A stretch of 64,000 nucleotides of DNA. It comes from Gnetum montanum (Eukaryota; Plantae; Gnetophyta). The stretch covers positions 373,213 to 437,212 of the forward strand of contig MNCI01000286.1 in assembly GCA_015680685.1 (NCBI GenBank), given 5' to 3'. This document shows, one piece after another, positions 12,103 to 22,234 of the stretch. A model generated the notes under the pieces. The model had not been told where the DNA came from and ran no database searches. It saw nothing but the letters and a program-made list of their open reading frames with translations. The stretch's first letter is position 1, and each line of letters begins with the position of its first letter. The position numbers were made by a program, and so were the translations under genes.

Positions 12103-15100
12103 TGTGTTACTAAAACTAATCCTAGTCATTGTGGAGCTCATTGGCATTCTCTACTACATGAGTGAGCCTATGCCCAACACACCTATGCTAGATATGCAAG
12201 TCAGTTATCAAGAAATGTGGTTCTAGCTAGGGGCATCTGAGTTCCTAGTATTCCTACTATAGCACTTTAGTGTGATGGTGTGGACACACTTAGTGGCAAA
12301 GGATGCAAGTGTCATCATCGAGACATTGTTGCCCAGGGCCAATCGAGACATATTAAAATTTATGTCCAATGAGCCCACTATTGGTGATGATGGAGGAGGT
12401 GGTTTAGGAAGAGACCCCAAGAGCCCTCAACCCTTATCCAGGATTTGGCAGTTGCCAAAGTTCTCTTGCTACAACAAGAGAAACACCCTTTTTATTACTC
12501 TGTGCATGCACACTTTGTTATAGAACCCACCTAGAATGGTATACTACACCAAAGGGTAAATGCTCTTATGATTTTTGCATTGTATTCTTTTCCCTCGGCT
12601 CATGCTAAGTTTGCTAACTACTAATTACTCATGCTTAATACGAAATTCAAAGTTGATGATTAGGGTCTCTATGATTAGGATGAGGCTCTTGCCTTGACTC
12701 GTACTAGTTTGAATGTCTGGGAGGTTATCCTTGAGTAGTTAGGAGCTAATCTAAGAGATTATCCTACCTGATATCTAAGAGCATTTGAGCATTGTAAGAC
12801 CCATGATTAGCTTGATGGGTTAGTGCTTGTGCTACCACCTTCATCCAGCATACTATTTGTTCCATGTAAGTGTTTCGTGTTTTGGCTTTTATGCTTGCTC
12901 ACATCTACTTATTGATTTTCCTTTTTTCCTTACATGATGTTAATGTTGCATTTGCCAATGTTGTAGCTATAGTTGCTTCAGGAGAGGTAACAATGGCCAT
13001 GACAAGCCACACTGAGTTCACCCTCATCATGAAATATGGTGATGTGGAGGGGACGTAGCATTGGTTGTGCCACTAGGCCTCAAAGGTATTGACCAATCAG
13101 CTCACATGTATTGGGTTGATGGACCTTTTCTTAGCCCTTAGCCTAGGAATTCTAATGGATAAAATGATCACCATCATAGACTCCCTTAGCAACAATATCT
13201 ACCACTTCATCATCCACATGCGTGATGTGAGGGTAATTCTAGACCTCAATGAGAGCTTCTTCACTAACCTCTTTGGCCTTCCCATTGACAAGGATAATAG
13301 AGAGGTGGACCACAAAGGAGAGATCAAGGGTTGTTTGGGGGCCACTCAATCTCACAAAGGCATCCCAATTAAATATGTGCATGTGCATGAGGTCTAGGAG
13401 CTCTACCCTCTATTTCACACCTATGCCTTCCCAAAGTTACTCTCACAAGAAAAGATCCTTGGGGTGGAGCATGCATGGATGATGAAGGAGGTGTTGTAGG
13501 AGCACACAAGGTTCAATTGGACATATTACATTGCCACTGGCCTACACACAGAGATCACTATGTTACTCTTCAACCTCCAGGTGAGGTCCCACATACACTT
13601 CGCGTTCTTTGCAGCGTATCTATGAAGGTTCACAAAGCTCTTGATGGTTTGAGATAGTAGGTGATGGATCATGTAAGACTATGAGTAGCTATCAAAGCCT
13701 TGGGTTAAGCACATGTTCATAACCACTCACTCACAAGACCCCCCCAAAAAGGATCAATGAGTCATACTTAGTGATGACCAAAGGTCTCTTAGGGTGGTCA
13801 CATTATTCATGTGACAATGAGGGTGAGTGTTCACTAATTGTTATTGGGGATGTGAACAAGGCCAACTACTATATTGCAAAAATAGTTGGATTATTCGAGG
13901 TGAAAATCAAGAGGCCACGCCCAATAGAGGATGCTACTCCTAAGGTTGGGTGGGCAAGCATCAAGAAGATCCACCTTAAGATCCCCAGCTTGCACACAAA
14001 TGTTTTAGGTTAGTATATATGGCTTACTAGATTTAGTATTTTGTATTTTTTTTGTATTTATTTTTTTATGTTTTTTGCTATGTTATGCTAATGCTAAAAT
14101 GTTATGTTTGTAAATTTTCTAGCCTCTTTGATGATGTGCTGCTAGGAGACCTCCCTACTCTCACACCTAAGGGCTTGCTAGGTAAGTACCTTAGATTTCT
14201 ATCTATTTTTTCTCTTTTTCTCTTTCATATTTGGCTATTTAGTTGTTTCTTATTACATTATTGTATTGTAGCCCTAGATGAGCCTACTAGTTGTCCATCA
14301 TCCACATCTACCTAGCACATGAAGCCATGGGTAGAAACACCTAACAAGCTTTCCTTCATGGAAGGCATTATTGATGACATGGTTGGTCACCTATAGTAGG
14401 AAAATCTTGAGCTTGGTATGCATATGATGTTTTTTTTGCTTATGTTGCTTTACCAATTTAATATTTAGTCCATGGCTAAGGTTGATTTGCTTATTGTATG
14501 CCAACAGGTTCTAAGCTTCGTTGGGATCTAAGTAGGATGGCTAATGTAGATGTCATCCTTGAGTTCCCTCTTGAAGTAGAGTAGGTGCCTCATCATGTGT
14601 ACAAGGTATTCAACAAGTGCATGCTTTCTTGCATGAAAGCATTATGGTTCTACAAGCACTCAAACGAGCATCTATGGAAGTGTGTGCATGAACTTTAGGA
14701 GAGAGTGATGAGCCAAGAGATGAAGATCAAGGATCTTTAGTCCCAATATTACTTCTTGTTGATTCAATCATGGGGGAATAGTACTTGGCATACCATAGAG
14801 ATTGATTATGCCAAGTACTGGTTGGCCATCTAGGGCAAGAATGAGGATGCTTGAGAGATCATTGAGTAGTGGTTATAGATGGATCTACTTGCCCAAAAGA
14901 ACCAAGACTAGAAGAATTTCAGTGTCAAGGTATGCAAGTGGGGGAAAACAAAATAAAACCAAAAACACCACTATAAGTTTGAGAGAGATGCACATCTTCA
15001 ACCGCTCAAGGAAGAATTTTTCAAACATCATTGCCTTGAGATGTTCCTTGAGGCAACCAATGGGAGATAGGCCTATGAGTTTTTTGCTCATCATATCATG

Positions 15101-15491
15101 ATGAGTGGCTCTCCAAATAGGTAGATTGTTATTCCTATAGAAGAGGCTTCATCTATTACATTTTCCATGGAGCTACCTGCATGGACCACGGTGGACAAAG
15201 GCAAGACCCTTGCGGGGGTTGACTTTGGGCAAGAGGACTGGATGCGACTATCTAAAGTCAAGATTCTCAAACACTTGTAGGAGGGCCTTGATAGTTTTCC
15301 TTTAGATGTGATCAATGTAGGATCCTCTCAGGTTAGTTTTTTATGTTATTTTTATGCTTTTTATGTTAGTTTGTATATTGTACATTTGCTTACAGGTTTA
15401 CTATTTTTTTGTTGTTGTGGCAAGTACTAGGCAATGTTGCAAGCCCCAGAAGCACAATAGAGGAAGGAGGAGCTTTACCCCCACATAGGAC
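12103..15491 (+). pseudogene. T1 antisense multi-exon cargo gene: FCP1/NIF-like pseudophosphatase, PMD-like domain, helical C-terminus
   Basis: Exons 12103-12555, ~12645-12865, 12967-14008, remnant ~14115-14181, 14272-14415, 14508-15331, 15424-~15491. Donors GTAAAT, GTAAGT, GTTAGT, GTAAGT, GTATGC, GTTAGT. Phases are consistent and the gene is colinear with the T2 copy. Confidence 0.8.
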
Positions 15492-15715
15492 CACTGGTTT
15501 AGCATTTTCTGATGTAGCCCTACTATGGGCATTTTTGCACTCTTTGTGCATTTTTTTTGTATGATGCAGATGATCATGTTATGTACTATCATTTCTATGA
15601 GATGTGATGGATATTTTTCCATATGGAGTGTATACTGTGTAAGGCTTTTGCATTTATTTGTTATGTGCTTTGATGCTATGCAATGAATTTGATGTGACTA
15701 GGCCACTGTGAGCTA

Positions 15716-15998
15716 ATGCTAGTTTAAGAAAATTTTAGGCCACATGATTGCTAGTTTTAAGCCATTTTAGGTTGCATGTGTAGATAACTTGTGTTGATAT
15801 TTTTAGGCCATTATAGGCCCCTATTATAGTTTAAGACCATTTCAAGCCATTCATTGAAAGGAAAAGTGTTACCATTTTTAGGCCATGGTGGGCCATGCAA
15901 TGCCAATTTAGGGCCATGGTAGGCCATGCACTAGTTTAAGACATTTTCAGCCATGCGATGTAAGGGAGATTGCTAGTTTTAGGCTGTAGTAGGCCATG
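15716..15998. repeat. Array of GCYAGTTTAAGGCCAT..GGCCATG units downstream of the gag-PR stop
   Basis: Degenerate tandem units; homologous to 45212-45535 in T2. Confidence 0.75.
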
Positions 15999-16264
15999 TA
16001 TTTTTTTTTTTGTAATTTTCAAATTTTATGAATTTTTTATGTATTTTAATGCTTTTCATGCATAAGCTAATAACTGCTAAAAAGTAAACTTAACAAGCGA
16101 AAACATAGACTAAGCAAAAATGGACAAATAAAAGAAGTAAATGCATAACTATGCAAAAAATGCAAACAACCAAACATGAATGCACAAACAAGATGTAAGC
16201 AAGCTAAGTATGCAAAGGTTTGGGGCAGGAAGACACCTAGCACATGTTGACCTAAGGGGATGCC

Positions 16265-19200
16265 TTAGTCACGTAGTTTCTTCCTAACCTGATGTGGGTT
16301 AGAAGGCATGTAGGGCCTGGATGGTACTATGGAGTACTTGCCTTGACCTTTTTTAGCTATGTCAAAGGGTAATTCTACCCACAACACATCCTCTAGGAGG
16401 TCAGTGGCTCCCTTTGTTTCCTTAGGTTGGTCTACCTCACATGTTTCACCTTCTTCCTTTACAAGAGGCACATCATTGGGGAACTCTACCTCTAACCCTT
16501 GCTCTATGTTAATGTTGCTAAAGATCATAGGGGATACATTGTCATCATAGATGATAACCTCACCACCTTCATATGAAAGGTGGATTTCTTAGTGGATTAG
16601 AGAGGAGATAGCTTGTAGCTGGGCCAACCAAGGCCTACCCAAGATTAGGTTGAATATAGGAATCTCCTTGGTCACAATAAATTCTATTATGATGGGGAAT
16701 TTTTCCCCTACCATGCAGGCTATAGGGATGGTTCCCCTTACAACAATGCATGACCCATTGAAAGGTTTCAAGCATGTTGTCTTTGTGGGTTTGATTTGGT
16801 TGGCAAGACCTAACTTATCAATGACTATGTACAGGATGATGTTAGTTTCTACCACATCATCAACATGCACCCTATAGATTCTGGACTTTTCTACATGGAT
16901 TATTATGAACACTGGTGTAGTGATGACCTAGCCCTTCTCATGGTCAACCTTGATCACCTCATTGCAGAATGCTAGGGGCATTGAACTCAATTCCTGTGGT
17001 GTAGGGGGTAACATCACAACATGGATGGATTATTCATTCGCTAGGATGTCCTCTGTAATAGGAATGAAGGTCAACATGCAAACTAGCACTTTTTGGTAGG
17101 TGGAGAAGTCATGATCAAGTCATATAGGCTTAACATTTTACTTTTCTATTTTAGAGCTTGTTTAACCTATGCCACTACATCAAGGAATTCCTTGCCGATG
17201 TTTGCTATTTTGTTGTTGGCCTACATATCTTCCATGCAACCCAAGAGATGAATCTCTTGTGAAGGAGATTTGGGCATCACTTACCTTGCTTGTCTTGGAG
17301 CCTCAATGCTTCATTGTTGGTTACTTATGATGGACTTCCTAGTTGATTGGGCCATGGGAATAGAGGACAAGGGGACAGGCTTTGGTGGGCCTAGTGCCCT
17401 TTACTCTAGTTGCTGCCTAAGCATTTGATTGACAAGGTGCTTGTTGAGCCTCCTAGGTTGCCATCTCAATTTCCTGCTAGTGTCACTTACAAGATAGGGT
17501 CTCAGGTGAGTAGGGACTGATGCATTTCCCACCATTAGACTCCTAGTAGGTGGGGATTCTACACATTGTGACATCCTTATAACAAAGGGTGATTGGGTGG
17601 TTGCTACTACAACATGTTGTGGGACCCTGACCACAAAGGGTGTTATGGGTGCTCATGGTGGTGCTCTAACAATGAAAGGGGTCCTTAATCTAGTTGAAGT
17701 TGGGGGGCTTCAACATCACTAGAGGGAACACGAACCACAAATGGCTCCTATGCTAACTCTGAGTTTTTGTTAATGTTGATGCCATTGATGGTGTACCCTA
17801 CACCACTTGTGTTGAGAGGGTCCTTGTAAACCCTCATTGATTAGTTTTGGAGGCAAAATAGGTTGGTTGCATCAAGGACCAACTCGCCTCTATCAATCAT
17901 GCATTGTATGTCATCTCGTAAAGCCATGTAAAAGTTTGTATTGTGGATTGGCAATTGGTGATAATGGCAAAACCAGTCCAACCTAAAATGCTTAGGGACA
18001 AAGGCTCATTTCGTAGTGTAGCTAAGGGATTATTAAGAAGCTTGTAATATTGGTCATGATTTTTGCAAGCATCCTTAGAAATTTACTTATACTGGATGCA
18101 CCCAATGTAAAGCAATTGATCCAAGAGCTTCGACAGCTTAATGGGAAATGGTATGTACTTTAAGTGATCCTTGCACTCAAAGTCTAGCCTTGAGATAGTT
18201 GGTGCCACAACTATTGACAATGCAAGTTGGTTGTTTACTATAGTGCCAAAACCAAAAGCCTTGTTGTTATTAACTAGGGCCTTGGGTGGCCTAGCCATTG
18301 CCTTAGTATTGCTTGGCTTAGCCTTGTTGGCTATCACTACTATAATTGTGGTTGCCTATTTATCCTTTTTCTTTTCTTTTTCTTTCTTTGCATGTAGCTT
18401 TTTATAGGCCATGTAGGCTAAGTCCTTGCTAGCCTCCACTACATCCTAAATGCTCTTGATTTGAGAAAATTCTTGGCTCAAGGATTGCAGGGCAAGGTAA
18501 TACATCTTTGACTTAATGAAGTTATTCACTACACCCTTAAAAATAGCCAGCAGGTGTGCTTCCACAATGGGCTCATGGATTTCATTGAGTGATGAGATCC
18601 AGTGTTGAATGAATTTTTGCACGAGCTCTATGTGGCCCTACTTAACTTGCATCAACTGATCTAGGATGGCCTTGGGCTTCAAGTTATACTTGAAGCACAT
18701 GACAAATTGGCAAAGAAATTCCTCCAAAGAAGAGATGGAGGCCTTGGGGAGCACAAAGTACTAATCTAGGACCTTACCAATCAAGAACATGGTGAACACA
18801 TAGATCATCACATGTGGCCACACCTTCAACAAGAGGCATTCATATTGGAAGATCACCAAGTGTACATTGGGGACCCCTTCACTATTGTATTTGGTGAACT
18901 AGGATAGTGGGACCCTGATAAGTAGCATGAGTGGTGGAACTACAAGACTAACTAGATCATCCTGATAGAAGTCTATCACATGGACCATTTTAGAGGAGGT
19001 GGCCTTAAGCTACTTAACCTCTTTAGTGAGGCTTTGGATTAGCTAGAATGCTTGATCCAAGCATGATAAGGTTGCAATGGGCTATGTGGATTGTGCTACC
19101 CACCATGCTTGTTATGTGGCCCACAACCTAGCTACAGGATGTGCAACCATGCATGATGTTTGTTGTGTGGGTTGTATCACGAGCACAGTGGCTAGGCCCC

Positions 19201-19974
19201 ACCATGTGTTTGTGGGTTGGGCGATTGTAAAGGGTGCTGACATGACAAGTGGAACATACAATGCCTAAGTTGTGTGTGTCGGGGAATGTGCAAGGTGTGC
19301 ACATAAGGTTGCATGAGTGCAACAATTGTTGGCATGGATGACGAGATAGGTTGCAGTTGTATGACAAAGGGCAAGCTAAAAGGATGTATCACATCTTAGT
19401 GCATGTGTTGTGTTTGGTGAGTCACCATCATAGGCATGAACCTAGGTGGTGATACTTGGCTGACAACTATCACCAAAAAGATAGATGGATGGGACTATGA
19501 AGGCACAAAAGTGAAAGTTTTCCATTGGAACAAGGTATGAAAAGAGTCATCATGCTCAAATCAAGCTTCAAACTCATCCTACTCCTCCTGCAGGGGCTCC
19601 TCATAGTATTTCCCTATCTCAAAACCGATGTTTCAGATGAGATTATCAAGCATCCATTGGTAGGGCTTTGTAAGTGAAATAAAGTCCATAACAGAGGGGA
19701 AGTATTCCTTCTTGTTTCAATGTATGAGCTCAAAAATTCATTTTGCCTCCATTTCTTGGTAGTCTATGTATAGACTTGCCTAGAGCTTTGGGGAAATGAA
19801 GTTGTATTGCTTGTCATTGAGCACCATGTACTCAAGAGGTAGGTTATGCAACCTGAAGGATAAACTCTATTTAGCCATGACAGGACTAACAGGATGGTCA
19901 ATCTAGATTTCTTACTGAGTGGGCTAGACAACAACCGCACTTGAAGTGGAGGTTGAAGGTTGATTAGTGTTCAT
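16265..19974 (-). pseudogene. T1 gag-protease
   Basis: ATG at 19974 (conserved in T2); P..FTKYN.EG.P..HL gag core ~18850-18915; CHYH....H.T....L.DDIQ.MID.G knuckle ~17885-17970; protease RVHVDD...N and FNLILGRPWL (16589-16912); stop at 16265. Confidence 0.88.
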
Positions 19975-20479
19975 GATGCAAATGGAAAATGTAAAAGTTG
20001 TTATTTGCAAAAGGTAGAAAAAAGGCTAACTCTGCTAATTGGAAAAGTGACTAAGTGTGAAAACATAGAAAAAATGGTTAAGTGTAAAATTGCTAAAAAA
20101 ATGGCTAAGTATAAAAAGTGTAGAAAAAATGACTAAGTGTAAACTACTAAAAAATGGCTATCTCTAGGACTACACTCACTATGCTAGAGCCAACTACGCT
20201 CTCTAAGCTAAGAGCTAGCTATGCTCTCCTAAGTGCCTAGAATTTGGCCAAGTGTTGGATATACGCTTTGGTGTTGTTGAGTAGGGTTCTAGGGGAACCG
20301 ACAACTAGGTCTAGTCTACACCAATAGTTTGTAGGCAACTCCTATGCTAGCATGAGATCTAGCTACTACCATGGTAGGTCCATAGGGGTGTAAGGTTTAC
20401 ACTAGCCTAGAGCTAACAATAGTGGTGGAGAGAATGCAAGGAAACAACCAAGGGAAACTGCAAAAATAAATGGTGAAGG

Positions 20480-20496
20480 CCCTCCTTCTAGTGCCA
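20480..20496 (-). other. T1 primer binding site, tRNA-Asn
   Basis: TGGCACTAGAAGGAGGG, one mismatch to the complement of the plant tRNA-Asn(GUU) 3' end CCCUCCUUCUAGCGCCA (recalled sequence). Confidence 0.8.
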
Positions 20497-20502
20497 GAAA
20501 AC

Positions 20503-22229
20503 TATAGTGACCAAAAACGTCAAAGGTTGGAATGATACACCGAGAGGTTCACAACACATACAACTTAACCCCGCATCCATGTGAGGGCCTGATGAAAATG
20601 GAGATGGGGTGCCTAGAATGGTCTTGTCAATCAAACTAGGACTTACAAGCTGTTACACCAAAATGAATGCTAAAGGTTTGCACCATGTTTGCAACATCCA
20701 CGATGTCAATGACTGTGAGCATAATTAGAGTTTTAGGTGTAAAATGAAAGTAAAAATGCATGAATATGTGTAGGAAATAGTGAAGAATGCAAGTAAATTC
20801 TATAATATGAGAGAAAATGCTAAGAAATGTGCAAGAAGTGAGCAAGAGAGAAAGTAGCACCACCCAAAATGAGGAACGCGTAGTTAACTATAGAGAAAGG
20901 TAAGGAGGTACACGATGTATAGATAGGCACAGTGGGTAATGTAGTCACATTCTTAAGGTGTTTGGGCTACAAAGACTGGCATCTACTGTGAAGTCTAGGG
21001 CTACCAAGTTGGCTACCATGGTGTCCTACGAGTTTTGATGATATACGGTGTGCAAGGTGGGTGTGTGATAGTGTTGCGGTGCTATGAAACAATGTCTACT
21101 AAAGTACCAAGTGCACTCAAATGCTAGAATACTCCAAATGCAAATTTCTCTAGCCTAATGCTTCAAATGCCAACCCCTAAAATGTGAAACACTAGGGTAT
21201 TTATAGGATTATGATTGCCATGAATTGTGGATTAGGCATCACATGGGAGAAGGGTAGTTGGGACTATGCTACACCCAACCACGGTCCCGCTGAAGTAAAT
21301 GGTATTCTGTTGGTGTGCTCCAATGGACCTTCTGAGACTACTAGACTATGCCTACACTATCCAAACTATGTGTGCATGTGCTAAACAAACTGCAATGTAC
21401 CTAGAAATAATGCAAAATAGTGTAGTTTTGGAGACTATGCTCCAGGACTATGTTGTCCACTCTCTCAAGTGGTGTTAAGCATAGGTATGATTTGGGGGCA
21501 AATGGGGGATGCGACAAGAAATGCAAACTACTGATCTTACTTGCCAAAGGGGTGTTGAAGCTAAGATGAAGATCAGTGTTGAGTTCTAGAGGCTTCTGGA
21601 GGCAATCTTGGTAGACTACGCTAACTACACTCTAGAGCGTAGCCCCAACAGTTAGACAAATTTTGCAAAACTAAGGTTCAGTACTAACTACACTTTGGAG
21701 CATAGTCCAAAAAGTGAGAGCATAATTTAAGTAGTTAGAAAACATTTTGCAAAACTAGTGTCTCCATGCAGACTACGCTGGCTGCACTCTAGCATGTAGT
21801 AGGAAGAGTAGTCTAGTAATTAGAAATTTTGCCAAACTGTTTCTTCCATTCCAAGCATGCCTGACAACTTCTAGTAGAAGTTTTGCTGAATTTTTTTTCA
21901 TGTCAAGCATGCTTGATGCCTCCTAGTTTGACACTTAGGAAACTTTGCAAAACTGGCTATTGGTGTGTTGATTATGCTAACTACATTGTTGAGGGTAGTC
22001 TCGGTAGTGAGAGTGTAGTCCCCACTCTTAGAAACATTTGTAGCTACTATTGACACTTAGAAAAATCTTGCAATTCTAAACTTCTTGTGCCAACTATGCT
22101 GACTATGCTTTTGAGTGTAGTCCTAGTGGTGGGGAGTGTAGTCTCAACACTTAGAAAAAATTTCCCTTGTGTTGATACTTAGACAAATTTGTAGTTACAA
22201 CATGATGGCCCAAATTTGGTGGTGTTTCA
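20503..22229 (-). repeat. T1 5' LTR
   Basis: Partner of 2833-4500; begins TGAAACACC on the element strand; adjacent to PBS and TSD. Confidence 0.95.
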
Positions 22230-22234
22230 AATTC

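Larger units (their letters stand above)
9891..16288 (-). other. Inferred giant Ogre-type intron between protease and RT of T1
   Basis: Phase-0 donor CAG|GTTAGG 7 codons before a gag-PR stop conserved in T1 and T2; polypyrimidine tract and decayed acceptor before the RT frame. Confidence 0.6.
2833..22229 (-). mobile_element. Full-length Tat/Ogre-like Ty3/gypsy LTR retrotransposon T1 (19.4 kb)
   Basis: Paired LTRs, TSD AATTC (2828-2832 / 22230-22234), PBS, PPT, gag-PR, and RT-RH-aRH-INT order with the extra archaeal-type RNase H diagnostic of the Tat lineage. Confidence 0.95.

Noticed and set aside
12103-15491. Cargo as a resident host gene into which TEs inserted
   Set aside because: It lies at the same position inside two separate TSD-flanked elements and decays like the rest of each element.
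20480-20496. tRNA gene
   Set aside because: Only the 17 nt 3'-end match next to an LTR is present, so it is a PBS.
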